Shown: positions 28,598 through 40,269 of the stretch, in pieces
Layout: each line of letters opens with the position of its first letter
Numbering within the stretch: position 1 is the stretch's first letter
NCBI GenBank assembly: GCA_963695555.1
Contig: CAVOGR010000002.1
Coordinates: 224,001 to 288,000, forward strand
From: an uncultured Gemmatimonadales bacterium
Lineage (GTDB): Bacteria; Gemmatimonadota; Gemmatimonadetes; Gemmatimonadales; GWC2-71-9
Length of the DNA: 64,000 nt
Direction: 5' to 3'
Notes under the pieces: model-generated
Seen by the model: the letters and a program-made list of their open reading frames with translations, nothing else
Database searches by the model: none
Told to the model about the DNA's origin: nothing
Position numbers and translations under genes: made by a program

Positions 28598-31165
28598 TTA
28601 GTGGGCGAAGCCTGGCCGGAGGTGGCCTGCGTCCCGTGGAGCATCGTCAACAAAGAGGAGCTGACCTTCGCGGAACGTGGCTCCGCGAAGCGTGAGCGCG
28701 AGCACCTCGCCCAATTCCTCGACCAGCTCGATCTTGAGGAGCTTCCGCACATCCTCCGGCAGATCTTCCAGGTCTCCCTCGTTCTGCTTTGGGAGAACCA
28801 CGTTGTGAATGCCCGCGCGGACCGCGCCGAGCACTTTCTCCTTCACGCCTCCGATCGGGAGGATGCGTCCGAGGAGCGAGATTTCGCCTGTCATGGCAAT
28901 GTCGAACCGGGCCGGGCGGCCCGACAAGGCCGAGACCAGGGCGGTAGCCATCGCAACGCCGGCGGACGGGCCCTCTTTGGGCACGGCCCCCGCCGGCACG
29001 TGGATGTGCACGTCCCGGTCGAACATCTCTTCGTCGATCTGCAGGGCGGCGGCGTGCGACTTGGCATAGGTCAACGCAGCGCGCGCCGATTCCTTCATTA
29101 CGTCGCCGAGTTGCCCGGTGAGCACGAGCTCTCCCTTGCCGCGCATGGTTGACACCTCGACGAACATGATGTCACCACCGGACGGCGTATAGTACATGCC
29201 GGTGGCGACGCCGATCTGATCCTCACGTGCGGCCCGCTCCGGGTGCACGCGAGCGCGCCCCAAAATTTCGGCCACCTGGTCGCGATCGACCCTCAGGCGG
29301 TCGAATTCCTTGGCGGCAATTCGTCGGGCGACCTTCCGGGCGAGCTTACCCAACTCTCGCTCGAGCTGGCGAACGCCGGCCTCACGGGTATACCCCTCCA
29401 TCACCCCGCACACGGCCGCGTCGGTGAGCTCGAGCTGGTCTACTTGAAGGCCGTTTTCGAAGAGTTGCCGCGGCAACAAGTACTTTCGGGCAATCATCAG
29501 CTTCTCTTGCTCGGTATATCCGGAGAATTCCACTACCTCCATTCGATCGAGCAGGGGGCCGGGGATGTTTTCGATGAAGTTGGCGGTCGCAATGAACATC
29601 ACCTCACTCAGATCGAACGGCACGCCGAGGTAATGATCGGTGAAGCTGTCATTTTGCGCCGGATCCAGGACTTCGAGCAGTGCGCTCGCGGGGTCTCCCT
29701 GGAACGAGACGCCTAGCTTGTCCACTTCATCGAGCAGAAAGACGGGATTCTTGGTCTCCGCTTGTTTCATCCCTTGAATGATCCGCCCCGGCATCGCTCC
29801 GACGTAGGTCCGACGATGCCCGCGAATGTCGGCCTCGTCTCGGGCACCGCCGAGCGAGATGCGCACGTAGTTTCGCCCCATGGCACGCCCGATCGACTTG
29901 GCCACTGAGGTCTTTCCCACACCCGGGGGGCCGACGAACAAGAGAATCGGCCCCTTTGCGGCCTGGTCGTCCTGGCGAGGGAGTGCCGAAGGCTCCTCGT
30001 TCGACTCGGCAGTGTCGGGCTCGGCGTGCGCTACTTTCGAATCCGGGCCTTCGGCGGAGCCGCTCGACGCCGGTGTCGTTGCTTCGGGCTCTTCCTCGCC
30101 CTCCGCCTCCCGGCGCATTGCTTCCGCATCTTGGCGCAGCTGGCGTACGGCCAGGAACTCGAGGATTCGGTCTTTCACGTCCCCCAAGCCGTAGTGGTCC
30201 TCTTCGAGGATCTCCGCCGCCCGGGCAAGATCGAGATGCTCCTCACTCCGCACGTCCCACGGCAGCTCAACGATGTTCTCGAGATAGGTGCGAATGACCT
30301 GGGACTCCATGGACTCGCGCCCAATACGCGAGAGCCGGCTGATTTCCCGGTCGACTTCCTTCCGTGCCGTTGGGGGAAGCTCGAGGGCTTCGAGTTTTTG
30401 CCGGAGATCCTCGAGCTCGTCGAGCTCGTCATCTTCTCCCAACTCGCGTTTGATCGTCTTGAGTTGCTCGCGCAGGAACATCTCGCGCTGACGCTCGCCC
30501 AGTTCCTCCTGGACCCGCGACTTGATGTCCTCCTGCGCATCATACACCGTGATCTGCCGCTGGATGTGCACCAATACCCTACGCAGCCGTTCCTCGACGG
30601 AGAGGGTTTCGAGCAGCATTTGTCGCTGGGCAGGTTCGATGTCGATGTAACCCGCCACCAAGTCAGCGAACTGGCCCGGATCGTTCACGCCGGCGAGGAC
30701 CTGCTGCACGACTTCCTCGGCGAGGCCGGATTTTTGGCCGAGTTCCGCGGCGCGGCTGCGGACCTCACGGTACAGCGCGACGAAATTGGGGTCCTCCGCA
30801 TTGAGCGGAGGCATCTCTTCGGCCTCGCGCACGATCGTTTCGAGATATCCTTCCCGGTCGGTGTATTGCATGGCAATGCCGCGTCGCTCGCCCTGGAGCA
30901 ACAGTTGCATCCCGGCGAGTCCGCGTTGCACCTGACCGATGCGTGCAATGGTACCGATGGTGTAGAGCATATCGGGTGTGACATTCTCGACGTTCTGCCG
31001 CTGGGACACGGCGAAGATGAGCCGGTCGGGTGACGCAAGCGCCGCTTCAATGGCGCGCAACGTGGCAGGTCGCCCCGCACCGATGGGCGCCGTGACCGAG
31101 GGAAACAGCACCACTTCGCGGAGCGGGAGGACGGGAAGCGTTAGATGTTCAGCCATTCGTGACAT
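28598..31165 (-). CDS. lon: ATP-dependent Lon protease
   Basis: [33 protein letters not shown] catalytic Ser, GGVKEK. Confidence 0.95.
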   Translation of the reverse strand: MSRMAEHLTLPVLPLREVVLFPSVTAPIGAGRPATLRAIEAALASPDRLIFAVSQRQNVENVTPDMLYTIGTIARIGQVQRGLAGMQLLLQGERRGIAMQYTDREGYLETIVREAEEMPPLNAEDPNFVALYREVRSRAAELGQKSGLAEEVVQQVLAGVNDPGQFADLVAGYIDIEPAQRQMLLETLSVEERLRRVLVHIQRQITVYDAQEDIKSRVQEELGERQREMFLREQLKTIKRELGEDDELDELEDLRQKLEALELPPTARKEVDREISRLSRIGRESMESQVIRTYLENIVELPWDVRSEEHLDLARAAEILEEDHYGLGDVKDRILEFLAVRQLRQDAEAMRREAEGEEEPEATTPASSGSAEGPDSKVAHAEPDTAESNEEPSALPRQDDQAAKGPILLFVGPPGVGKTSVAKSIGRAMGRNYVRISLGGARDEADIRGHRRTYVGAMPGRIIQGMKQAETKNPVFLLDEVDKLGVSFQGDPASALLEVLDPAQNDSFTDHYLGVPFDLSEVMFIATANFIENIPGPLLDRMEVVEFSGYTEQEKLMIARKYLLPRQLFENGLQVDQLELTDAAVCGVMEGYTREAGVRQLERELGKLARKVARRIAAKEFDRLRVDRDQVAEILGRARVHPERAAREDQIGVATGMYYTPSGGDIMFVEVSTMRGKGELVLTGQLGDVMKESARAALTYAKSHAAALQIDEEMFDRDVHIHVPAGAVPKEGPSAGVAMATALVSALSGRPARFDIAMTGEISLLGRILPIGGVKEKVLGAVRAGIHNVVLPKQNEGDLEDLPEDVRKLLKIELVEELGEVLALTLRGATFREGQLLFVDDAPRDAGHLRPGFAH

Positions 31166-31222
31166 GTACCTCCAGAGGCACCGACACGGTGCCCCGCGTG
31201 GAATTCGTGCTTGGGTACCTAG

Positions 31223-31238
31223 CGCACTCCGTGTGCCA
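31223..31238 (-). promoter_or_regulatory. Candidate sigma54 promoter of lon
   Basis: Minus strand TGGCACA-CGGA-GTGCG (GG-N10-GC), about 60 nt upstream of the lon start. Confidence 0.5.
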
Positions 31239-31517
31239 GTTGAACCCCCACCCGAATGGATACTGCACATCCCGTTGTCGTGCAATATCTTACGACTGGA
31301 GCCGTCGGGCATTGTCCATGCATCGCGGAGGACCGACCAGGTCGTTCAGTAGGCTGTTTCTGCCACATTGGCGGGCGAAACTGGCAGGTGAGGCATCGGC
31401 AAAGGATGGATGGCAGGCTCGAATTGAGCGCCGACGTTGCCCCGCATTCAATTAATGGCCAGATTGTCCGGTTAGCCTGTGAGTTGCTAATCCCTTCGGC
31501 GTGAGACGGATGGCTCG

Positions 31518-33428
31518 ATGACCGAATCCCGAGAGACCCCGCTTCCAGCTCGACTGGGCAAGGCCCTCGGCGACCACTACACCATCGAGGGTGAGGTTGG
31601 TCGCGGCGGGATGGGAGTGGTCTACCGCGCCCGGGATGAACGACTCCAGCGCCGGGTCGCCATCAAGGTGCTACCCCCGGAGCTGGCTTTTCAAAAGGAC
31701 ATCCGACAGCGATTCACCCGCGAGGCCCAGACGGCCGCCCGCCTGTCCCATCCTCATATCGTCCCGATCCATACCGTCGGCGAAGGCGAGGGTCTGGTCT
31801 TCTTTATTATGGGGTACGTGGACGGCGAGTCGCTGAATCAGCGTCTCAAACGCCGTGGACCACTCGCAGTGGAAGAAGCACGGCGCATCATCAAGGAGAC
31901 GGCAGACGCACTAAGCGCCGCCCACGCCGTCTCGATCATTCACCGCGACATCAAGCCGGACAACATTCTGCTCGAAGGCAAGCGCGGACGCGTCATGGTC
32001 ACCGACTTCGGGATAGCCAAGGCGCTGTCATCCTCTTCCGGTGCCACGCTGACCGGGGCGGGCGTCGCCATTGGCACACCGTCGTACATGAGCCCGGAGC
32101 AGGCCGCCGGCGAGAGCGAGATCGACGGACGCTCAGATCTGTACAGCCTCGGCATCGTCTCGTATCAGATATTGACCGGCGTCCTGCCGTTCAATGCGCC
32201 GACGGTCGCTGGCATTCTGATGAAGCAGATAACCGAGCCGGCACCGCTGGTGACGGACAGCCGTCCCGACATCCCTGAAGACCTGGCCCTCGCAGTGAGC
32301 CGCTGTCTCGAAAAGGATCCGGAAAACCGCTGGCCGTCCGCCGATTCGCTCAGGCGGGCGCTCGAATCCCGAACGGTCTCGGGCTACCGGCCTACCGGCC
32401 TCGGCTGGCGGGCTCAGCGGGGATCACAGGCTGCCCCTCCGCCACGCACCGGTCGCTCCGCTCGGCAGGTGCCGGCTCGCCGTCCGGGCCGGGACCTGGC
32501 GCGTGTGCCTGGGTCGGGTCGTCCGGCAGGTCGGATCGATCGGGCACGGTACCGCCGGGAACGGCTCCCGCAGGCGCGGCAGGGGGCCGGCTCACCGTCC
32601 CCCAAGACGGACACCGGCGAGCCCAAGATCGTGCAGCGGGCCAGGAGCGAGTTTGCCCGCTGGGCCTCGGTATCCGGCGGGCTGTTTCTGCTTGACGTGG
32701 TCACCAGCGGCTTCCCTGATTGGTCGCTGGTCGTCGCGGGAATCTGGGCCGGCTTCGGGTTAGTACCGCGCTATGCGCGGCTGTGGCAAGCCGGGTACAG
32801 TTGGCGCGACGTTTTGAGTCGCCCGCCGGCTGCTGACTCCATCGAACGAACCCTCAAGAAGGCAGGCGGAAAACTACCGCGACAGCTCCCCCCGCCATCC
32901 GTCCGCGACTTTGGGGCGTACGTTGACCGGATCGAGCACATGCAGCGCGACCGGACGGCGATCCTCAAGCAGTGGCAGGGCCTGCCTCAGGTGGAGCGGG
33001 ACATGTTGCCGGAGATCGTGGAGACGGTCGACCGATTGTTCGAACGCGGCCAGAAACTCGGGCGGTTACTCAAGGACATGGACATCGCCGATGTAAGCGC
33101 CGCGGAAGCGGCCGATCTCGAGCGGCGGCTCGACGAAGCGCGGAGCGGCCCTAACGATGAGGAGCATCGCCGCCACGTTCAGCTCCTGGAGCGCCAGCAG
33201 CGAAACGTCCAGGCGCTCAGGGGGCAGCGTCAGGAGGCCCAACGGAATTTGGAGTCGTGCTATCTGGCGATGCAGAACCTCCGGTTCGACCTGCTCCGCC
33301 TCAAGTCGTCGAGCATCAACGAGGTCCTGGGTGAGTTGACGCAGGTCACGCAGCAGGCGCGGGCGCTTTCCCGCGACGTCGACCACGCGATCAGCGCCGT
33401 AGAGGAGGTTCGCGACGTGATCAAGTAA
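31518..33428 (+). CDS. Hanks-type Ser/Thr protein kinase with 2 TM segments and a coiled-coil C-terminus
   Basis: GRGGMGVVY, VAIK, HRDIKPDN, DFG, YMSPEQ. Confidence 0.92.
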   Translation: MTESRETPLPARLGKALGDHYTIEGEVGRGGMGVVYRARDERLQRRVAIKVLPPELAFQKDIRQRFTREAQTAARLSHPHIVPIHTVGEGEGLVFFIMGYVDGESLNQRLKRRGPLAVEEARRIIKETADALSAAHAVSIIHRDIKPDNILLEGKRGRVMVTDFGIAKALSSSSGATLTGAGVAIGTPSYMSPEQAAGESEIDGRSDLYSLGIVSYQILTGVLPFNAPTVAGILMKQITEPAPLVTDSRPDIPEDLALAVSRCLEKDPENRWPSADSLRRALESRTVSGYRPTGLGWRAQRGSQAAPPPRTGRSARQVPARRPGRDLARVPGSGRPAGRIDRARYRRERLPQARQGAGSPSPKTDTGEPKIVQRARSEFARWASVSGGLFLLDVVTSGFPDWSLVVAGIWAGFGLVPRYARLWQAGYSWRDVLSRPPAADSIERTLKKAGGKLPRQLPPPSVRDFGAYVDRIEHMQRDRTAILKQWQGLPQVERDMLPEIVETVDRLFERGQKLGRLLKDMDIADVSAAEAADLERRLDEARSGPNDEEHRRHVQLLERQQRNVQALRGQRQEAQRNLESCYLAMQNLRFDLLRLKSSSINEVLGELTQVTQQARALSRDVDHAISAVEEVRDVIK

Positions 33429-33464
33429 GCGTTCGCTCTGCGCTGGGGTCTTCCTGATGGTCGC

Positions 33465-33493
33465 GCGGCCCTCGGACAGTGTCCGGGGGCCGC
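33465..33493. terminator. GC-rich hairpin between convergent genes
   Basis: GCGGCCCTCGGAC-AGT-GTCCGGGGGCCGC. Confidence 0.55.
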
Positions 33494-33533
33494 ATCGTAT
33501 CCGACGAGAGGGGCGCGACGCAGCCCATCAGCA

Positions 33534-35669
33534 TCAAAATGCCAGCTGCTCCTCCATCGCCCGCTTCAAGTCGGCAACCTGGGGCAGGGTGACGTCCTCG
33601 AGCTGAGGCGCATATGCCACGAAGGTGTCGGTCGCCGCGACCCGTCGAACCGGCGCATCGAGGAATGGGAACGCTTCGTCGGCAAGGCGACTCGCGATCT
33701 CAGCGCCGTAGCCCCAGGAGAGCGAGTCTTCATACGCCACCAAGGCCCGGTTCGTCTTTCGCACCGACGCGTAGATTGTGTCCCAATCCACCGGCGAAAG
33801 AGATCGCAGATCGATGATCTCGACTCGCGCGCCGTGCTCTTCCTCCACTGCTTTTGCCGCGGTCAACGCACGCTGCACCACCGCCCCGTAGGTCACAACC
33901 GACAGGTCGCTGCCTTCCCTTACCACCTTTGCCTTGCCGAGGGGAATCATGAAATTCGGGCCGGGATAGGGGGCCTTGTTATAGGTCTGTCGGTACAGGT
34001 GCTTGTGCTCGAGGAACAGTACCGGGTCCGCGCAGCGAATGGCGGTTCGGAGAAGGCCGTTGGCGTCGAGCGCGGTGGACGGACACACCACCCGGAGGCC
34101 GGGCACGCCGGTGAAGATCGCGGCCCCGGTTTGCGAGTGATAGATCGCCCCACCCTTCAGGTAGCCGCCGTAGGTCACGCGGACAACCACGGGCGCTGAG
34201 AAGTGGTTGTTGGAGCGATAGCGCATGAGCGCCAACTCGTTCCGGATCTGCATGTAGGCCGGCCAGATGTAGTCGAAGAACTGGATTTCGACCACAGGCT
34301 TGAGACCGCGAATGGCCAAGCCGATCGCCCGGCCAACGATGTTGGCTTCGGCCAGCGGTGAGTTGTACACCCGGTGGCTGCCGAATTCGCGTTGCAGGCC
34401 CCACGTGACCTTGAAGACGCCGCCCTTTCCTTTGACCTCGTCGAGGTGGGCCTCGCGACTTACATCGGCCACATCTTGCCCGAACACGAGGATCGAGGGA
34501 TCACGCGCCATCTCATCCCGGAGACAGGCATTCAACAAATCGACCACCGTCGTCGGATTGCCGCTGAAGTGCGGGTCGTCTTCAGTATCAAATTGCTCCG
34601 ACGTCGGGTCGACATCGGGAGAGTAGACGTAGTGATACACCGTGTCTGGGGCTGGCTGCGGCGACGCGAGCGCAATGTCCGTCGCCACTTGGACCTCCTC
34701 GTCGACCTCCTCTGCGATACTCGCGAGTTCGGCCTCGGTCGCGATGCCCTCGTTCTGGAGGTACTGCGGGAAATGCACCAGCGGGTCGCGGGTCGTCTCG
34801 GCCTCCCGTTCTGAAGCGGATCGGTACTGCGCCTCATCGTCGGAAAGGGAGTGACTGTAAGGGCGAATGACATGGGCATGCACCAGGGCCGGTCCCTTGC
34901 GTTGTCGGGCATGCTCCATGGCTCGCCCCAAGGCATCGTAAGACGCCAAGGGATCGCAGCCATCGACTTCTTCGAGATAGAGGTTCGGAAACCCGGTGAC
35001 CAGCTTCGAAATGGAACCGCCGGCCGTGTTTACCTCAACGGGCACCGAAATCGCGTACTCATTGTCCTCGATCAGGTAGACGATCGGCAACTTGAGATTG
35101 CACGCTGTATTCAGCGACTCCCAGAATTCCCCCTCGCTGGTTGTGCCATCACCCGCGGAGCAAAACACGACTTCGTCATCGTGAAACAGCGTCTCATGGT
35201 CGGGAATGTCCGAATTCTGACTGAAGCGCAGCCACGCTTCCGCCGTTCCCACCGCTTGGAGGAACTGGGTCCCCGTCGGACTCGACGCGCTCACGATGTT
35301 GAGGTCCTCGTGTCCCCAGTGCGACGGCATCTGCCGGCCGCCGGAGTTCGGGTCATCGGCCGACGCGACGGCAGAAAGCAGCTGTTCCGTGGCCGTCATA
35401 CCGAGGCCAAGACACAGCGCACGATCGCGATAGTAGGTGTAAAACCAGTCATAGCCGGCGCGGAACACCTTCGCAGCGGCCACCAATACCGCTTCATGGC
35501 CAGCACCCGAGATCTGGAAGAAGATCTTGTTCTGCCGCTTGAGTTGGATCTCCTTGTCATCGATCCGGCGCGACAGGAGCATCAGGCGATAGATGTCCAA
35601 CAAGTCTGCCTTGTCGAGCTTGGAGGAAGCGGGCGCCTTGGTACCACGGTTGGAAGTGCTTTGTGCCAT
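33534..35669 (-). CDS. 2-oxoacid (branched-chain-type) dehydrogenase E1, fused alpha/beta
   Basis: GAGHEA, TPP motif GDG..DN, HSLSDD, then beta domain GQDVA, EIQFFDY, HSQ. Confidence 0.9.
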   Translation of the reverse strand: MAQSTSNRGTKAPASSKLDKADLLDIYRLMLLSRRIDDKEIQLKRQNKIFFQISGAGHEAVLVAAAKVFRAGYDWFYTYYRDRALCLGLGMTATEQLLSAVASADDPNSGGRQMPSHWGHEDLNIVSASSPTGTQFLQAVGTAEAWLRFSQNSDIPDHETLFHDDEVVFCSAGDGTTSEGEFWESLNTACNLKLPIVYLIEDNEYAISVPVEVNTAGGSISKLVTGFPNLYLEEVDGCDPLASYDALGRAMEHARQRKGPALVHAHVIRPYSHSLSDDEAQYRSASEREAETTRDPLVHFPQYLQNEGIATEAELASIAEEVDEEVQVATDIALASPQPAPDTVYHYVYSPDVDPTSEQFDTEDDPHFSGNPTTVVDLLNACLRDEMARDPSILVFGQDVADVSREAHLDEVKGKGGVFKVTWGLQREFGSHRVYNSPLAEANIVGRAIGLAIRGLKPVVEIQFFDYIWPAYMQIRNELALMRYRSNNHFSAPVVVRVTYGGYLKGGAIYHSQTGAAIFTGVPGLRVVCPSTALDANGLLRTAIRCADPVLFLEHKHLYRQTYNKAPYPGPNFMIPLGKAKVVREGSDLSVVTYGAVVQRALTAAKAVEEEHGARVEIIDLRSLSPVDWDTIYASVRKTNRALVAYEDSLSWGYGAEIASRLADEAFPFLDAPVRRVAATDTFVAYAPQLEDVTLPQVADLKRAMEEQLAF

Positions 35670-35714
35670 AGAGGTTACGGAATGTGGCTGGTCAGGGGTG
35701 GATGAGCGGGCCCA

Positions 35715-36890
35715 CTAAGATACCCCGGGGCCCGGCGACTGCGGGAGGTCCCGACTCGCGGTGTGATGGTCGGATTCCTTCTTCCGTGCGCCGTGCGGCT
35801 CCAACCAGTCGAGCGGCAAATCCCTGCGCGTCATCTCCTCCGAGCACCAAGTGAGGATCCGGCGACGGACCTCCTGCGGCACATCCTTGTGTCGGTCCGC
35901 CGTCCCTTTGACGAAGAGCCTGGCTTCCGTTGCCAAGATGTGCGGCGGCCCCATCTCGAAGGTGTCTCCGTGCCGTTGCATGTACTCGAAGCTGCACTTG
36001 GTGAGAACCCGTGCGAGTTCTTCGTCGGTGAGCGGTGCCAGACCCAGGAAGCCCGCGACCTGTCGGGTGATACCGGGCAAATCACGTTTCATAGCTTCGA
36101 AGTGGACGAAGAGCACGTTGCCATTCTGCTTTGATCGCTGCCACCAGCCGTCCACATGAGCCGGCCAAGTTCCCCACCACATCAGCTCGTCCGAGCAATA
36201 CCACCGCTCCGCCTCATCGAGACGCGGCGCAAAGGCGCCCATGTTGGTGTGGAGGAAATCTACGCAGCTCGCAAAGCACGACACCGGGTGCCGCGCGACG
36301 TAGACGTACTTCGCTGCGGGGTCAAAGGGACAAAGCGACGCGGGTAAATGGGTCTTGATGATTCGCGATGGGCGCTCGGCCCCGATCAGCGGCGCGTCAT
36401 CCACAGACACACTCTTTAACGCTTCGAGCCACGGCGACACGGCATACAGGGCGGTGCCCGAGGTGACCAGATCTCCGTTGCCGCGCTTGAGGATTTCGTA
36501 AACGAGATGCTGCATCCATGTCGTCCCGCATTTCATCTGCGTGACCACGAAGACGTCTTCGGCTTGGGCCTGGTAGGCGAATCCCCGCTCGAAGCTCTCG
36601 GGACTGCACGTCCCTTTCGGTCCGGCGATCCCTTCCACGCGAAACGTGGCCTTGGCCAAGGCACCGTCGCTGAACCGGCCGAGCAGGCGCAGGATGGGAG
36701 ACAGCAAGATGGCGTGACGCCGCAGCGTCTGCTTGAACTGGTCTCGCTCAACAGCGGGGAGTCCGTAATACGCCAGGCCCCGGGTCTTCTCGTCTTCCCA
36801 TCGGAGCACCACCGCAAGGTAGATGAACTCGACAACGAGGGACCCGAAGAGGCCGACAACGACCACAACACCCCACATCACTGGACTCAA
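35715..36890 (-). CDS. Membrane-anchored PAPS-dependent sulfotransferase-domain protein
   Basis: 5'-PSB loop KCGTTW, IKTHLP, 3'-PB RHPVSCFAS; AAGGAGG RBS plus TTG; N-terminal TM. Confidence 0.85.
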   Translation of the reverse strand: MSPVMWGVVVVVGLFGSLVVEFIYLAVVLRWEDEKTRGLAYYGLPAVERDQFKQTLRRHAILLSPILRLLGRFSDGALAKATFRVEGIAGPKGTCSPESFERGFAYQAQAEDVFVVTQMKCGTTWMQHLVYEILKRGNGDLVTSGTALYAVSPWLEALKSVSVDDAPLIGAERPSRIIKTHLPASLCPFDPAAKYVYVARHPVSCFASCVDFLHTNMGAFAPRLDEAERWYCSDELMWWGTWPAHVDGWWQRSKQNGNVLFVHFEAMKRDLPGITRQVAGFLGLAPLTDEELARVLTKCSFEYMQRHGDTFEMGPPHILATEARLFVKGTADRHKDVPQEVRRRILTWCSEEMTRRDLPLDWLEPHGARKKESDHHTASRDLPQSPGPGVS

Positions 36891-37015
36891 CTCAACGCCT
36901 CCTTGTGGCCGAGTTCGCCCTAGCGCTCGGCTGCAATGAATTACCGATGTACGAAACGCGAAGCAGCGTCACAACGCGGGGTACCCGTAAACTGGGAGCG
37001 GGACGTCTGGTCAGA

Positions 37016-38686
37016 TCATCTCTTCTGGAATACAACCCGACCACCAACGACGGTGGCCCTGACCTCGAGCTGTTCGATGCGGGCCGGTGGAATCGCCGTG
37101 AGATCCTCGCTCAAGAGGACGAAGTCAGCGAGATAGCCCCGCGCCAATCGACCCTGCTCGCGTTCCCTGAAGACTGCGTACGCGTTGCCCGCCGTGTAGG
37201 CCGAGAGCGCTTCCTCGGCAGTGATCTTCTGCTCCGGGACCCAGCCGTCGGGGTACCGGCCGTCGATGGTGTGACGCGCAACCGCAGCGTAGATCCCAAG
37301 CACCGGCTCGAGTGGCGCTACCGTCCAGTCCGATCCGAACGCCAGCGGCGCTCCGGCTTCGAGAAACGAGCGAAAGGCGTAGGTCGTCTTGATGCGTTCG
37401 GGGCCGATCCGCTTCTCGGCCCACCGGCCGTCGTCGATTGCATGATATGGCTGGGTCGATGCGACGACCCCGAGCTGGGCAAAGCGTCGGAAATCATCGG
37501 GTCGGAGGTGCTGGGCGTGCTCGACGCGGAAGCGCCGGTCGCGCGGCCCGTGGGCCGCCGCGACACTGTCGAAGATGTCGAGCAGGATGCCGATGGCTCG
37601 ATCGCCAATCGCGTGGATGGCGAGTTGGAATCCCGCCGAATCGGCTCCACCGATCCAGCGACGCAGGCTGTCCTCCGGATTAGTCAGCGTCCCCGCCGTG
37701 GTTGGATCATCACTGTATGGTTCATCGAACAAGGCGGTGGAGCTGCCCAGTGATCCGTCGACAAATCCCTTGAGACCGGCAAGCCACAGCCAATCATCAA
37801 CCGCGGGGAGTCGGGCGAGGCTGTCGCCGAAGGCCGGCCAGTCGGATAGTTGATGATAGAACGCCACCCGGAGGCTGAGTTTGCCTCGCTCGCGGGCCCG
37901 ACGATAGGCCGCCCAGTTCTGCCAGCTTCCGTCCATCTCGGAGATGGCAGTGACCCCCACCGAGGCCGCGTGGGCGAAGGCTCGGGCCAGCGCGGAGTCG
38001 CGCTGCGAGGGGGAGGCATCGGGAATGGCCACCCACATCGGATCCATCGCGTTGTCTTTGAGCAGGCCGGTCGGGTCGCGGCTGTTCGGGTAGCGAACGA
38101 TGACGCCGCCGGGGACGTCAGTAGTACGGCCGGTAATACCGGCAAGCTCGAGGGCTCGGCTGTTGGCGAGCCCCATGTGACCGTCCAGGCGGGACACGAA
38201 GACGGGGTTGTCCGGGGTAACGGAGTCGATCCAGTCGCGACGCGGGAGGCCGGCCTCGGGCCAGAGTTCGTGGTCCCAGTCGCCGCCGGTGACCCACTCG
38301 CCGGGCTGGAGCCGCTCGGCGTAGGCCTTGATCCGGGCGGTGAACTCTGCGGGCGAGCCTGCGTCACGAAGGTCCACGCTCGCGAGTTGGAAGCCGCCGC
38401 TCATGAAATGGGTGTGATCGTCGATGAGCCCGGGCACGATCAGGCCCCCGCCGGCCTGCAGGACCTCGGTCGACGGATCGACGAGAGCGGCAATGGCCGT
38501 GCTGTCGCCCACGGCCAGGATGGTGTCTCCTCGGACCGCCAGGGCCTCTGCCCAGGGCAGGGTCGAGTCCCCGGTCCAGACCCGGCCGAAGACGGCGAGA
38601 GTGGCGCGGGGCGGAGGAGAACAGCTAACGAGCGTCGCTACGAGTGCGGTCATTGCCGCGAGTCGAGCATAGAATCTGGTAGCCAT
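37016..38686 (-). CDS. Amidohydrolase (YtcJ-like, Amidohydro_3), exported lipoprotein
   Basis: PGLIDDHTH, KGFVDGSLGS, HAIGD, RVEHAQ, FGSDW; lipobox LVSC. Confidence 0.88.
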   Translation of the reverse strand: MATRFYARLAAMTALVATLVSCSPPPRATLAVFGRVWTGDSTLPWAEALAVRGDTILAVGDSTAIAALVDPSTEVLQAGGGLIVPGLIDDHTHFMSGGFQLASVDLRDAGSPAEFTARIKAYAERLQPGEWVTGGDWDHELWPEAGLPRRDWIDSVTPDNPVFVSRLDGHMGLANSRALELAGITGRTTDVPGGVIVRYPNSRDPTGLLKDNAMDPMWVAIPDASPSQRDSALARAFAHAASVGVTAISEMDGSWQNWAAYRRARERGKLSLRVAFYHQLSDWPAFGDSLARLPAVDDWLWLAGLKGFVDGSLGSSTALFDEPYSDDPTTAGTLTNPEDSLRRWIGGADSAGFQLAIHAIGDRAIGILLDIFDSVAAAHGPRDRRFRVEHAQHLRPDDFRRFAQLGVVASTQPYHAIDDGRWAEKRIGPERIKTTYAFRSFLEAGAPLAFGSDWTVAPLEPVLGIYAAVARHTIDGRYPDGWVPEQKITAEEALSAYTAGNAYAVFREREQGRLARGYLADFVLLSEDLTAIPPARIEQLEVRATVVGGRVVFQKR

Positions 38687-38934
38687 CATCGAAGCCTCGT
38701 GAGTCGTCGCAGGGTCTCGAGCTTCTCGAGCGCGCTGCCCTTCTTCGATTCGGCGGCGGGCGCCACCGCGAACAGGTCGCGGATGTCGAGCAGCACCTCG
38801 AAGAACAGCTGGTCTCGCATGTAGGAGTTGTCCAGCTCGGCCATGCGCCCGGGGAGGTCTTCCGATTTGGCCCGCTCGTAGGACTCACGGTAGATGGCTT
38901 CCAGGTTGATCAGGATTCGTTCGCGATCGCGCAT
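38686..38934 (-). CDS. Small helical hypothetical protein
   Basis: 82 aa, GC3-biased, stop coupled to the amidohydrolase start. Confidence 0.7.
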   Translation of the reverse strand: MRDRERILINLEAIYRESYERAKSEDLPGRMAELDNSYMRDQLFFEVLLDIRDLFAVAPAAESKKGSALEKLETLRRLTRLR

Positions 38935-39070
38935 AGGGATGCCGGGAAGAGGGTCATGAGAAGATATCCCGTGGCGCGACCCCAGGTGAGTCCCCGGCGC
39001 CCCCAACCAAAGAAACGCCGCGGTCCGGGCCACTGGGGCCCAGACCGCGGCGAGATACTCGCACTGCTGA

Positions 39071-40237
39071 CTAATTGGGGGAGTAGACCTGCATCCAGGC
39101 CCGCTCGCCAAGCGGCCGGGCCGTAGCCGACGCTCGGAGTGCGCGCTCCAGGGCACAGGAGGAGAACTGGGCCAAGGAGTTACCCGTCAGGGTCGAGGGG
39201 TCGAGGTCCACCTGGGCGGCCATGAGACCACCGAAGATATGCCCACCGGTGCCGGTGCTCTTGACCGTTCCCTGGACGATGACCGGCCCGTAGAACTCCA
39301 TCCCGCCTGAGAGGTCGAGGTCGCCTTGGACCAGGAGAATACCCTGGCCACGCCCACCGGAGATCCGGAGATTGTTAGGCGCATAGATGATCGGGAAGTA
39401 ATTGAAGCAGGGCGCGTAGATAGTCCCGCCGTAGGGCTCACCCCAGTTCCTATTGTTGGTCTTATCGCATCTTGGCGGCACCGTCGCTGTGAGTGTAGGC
39501 GCCAGCCCGTTGACCGTTCCGGTGACTTGCAGATCGGCCATTGCAGCGAGCTCGGCGAAGCTGATCCCGCCGAAATCGTTGAAGATGGTCGAATCCACCG
39601 TCGGATCGCCGCCCTGGAATTGCGGGTTGCCCTCGACGCAGGCGAGACCGCTACAGTTGGCCCCGTTGGTGTTGATGCTGGTCGCCGAACTCCGGATGCC
39701 TGCCAGGGTATCGGTAGGAGCCGCACAGCTTCCTGTCCAACCCGCAGGGTTCCGGTCGACCCCGCTCACTTCTGTGGACCCTCCGATGGTCATGGTCCCG
39801 TTCACTGTAATGGCAGCGGTCATATCGACCAGCGGCAGGATGAGCCGGGCGAAGGTTCCCACCACTCGTTGGGCCATGATGTTGCCGCCGGCGTCGGTCT
39901 TGGCGCCGGCCGAGACGATCTGGAACAGGTTGTCGTTGAGTCGGGTCACCCGCCTCACATAGCCTGCGTTGCCGCCCATGGAGACGGAGGACAGCGTGAG
40001 GGTGTCTCCAGTGGCCATGGCGTTGTAGACCGTGGGGTCCCAGTTATCCAGCACATCCACGAGCCCCGCCTCCGCCGCTTCGAACGACTGGGCCCCGGAC
40101 ATCGAGTTGAGTCCCGTCCGCTGCTCCAGCCGTCCGGCGTAGAATGTTCCCGCCACGAGGGCGCCGATGACCACGATGGCAAACACGGCCATGACCAGCG
40201 CGATGCCGCGTTCATCGGAGAGTCGAGGGGTTCGCAT
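39071..40237 (-). CDS. PilX-like type IV minor pilin/assembly protein
   Basis: ERGIALVMAV prepilin-like N-terminus lacking E5, SFEAAEAGL; AGGAG RBS. Confidence 0.8.
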   Translation of the reverse strand: MRTPRLSDERGIALVMAVFAIVVIGALVAGTFYAGRLEQRTGLNSMSGAQSFEAAEAGLVDVLDNWDPTVYNAMATGDTLTLSSVSMGGNAGYVRRVTRLNDNLFQIVSAGAKTDAGGNIMAQRVVGTFARLILPLVDMTAAITVNGTMTIGGSTEVSGVDRNPAGWTGSCAAPTDTLAGIRSSATSINTNGANCSGLACVEGNPQFQGGDPTVDSTIFNDFGGISFAELAAMADLQVTGTVNGLAPTLTATVPPRCDKTNNRNWGEPYGGTIYAPCFNYFPIIYAPNNLRISGGRGQGILLVQGDLDLSGGMEFYGPVIVQGTVKSTGTGGHIFGGLMAAQVDLDPSTLTGNSLAQFSSCALERALRASATARPLGERAWMQVYSPN

Positions 40238-40269
40238 ATGTGTGACTCCTTCTCCTAATCGGAAGTCGC

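Noticed and set aside
29955..30140. Lon insertion as an intein
   Set aside because: Too short; no Cys/Ser start or His-Asn end
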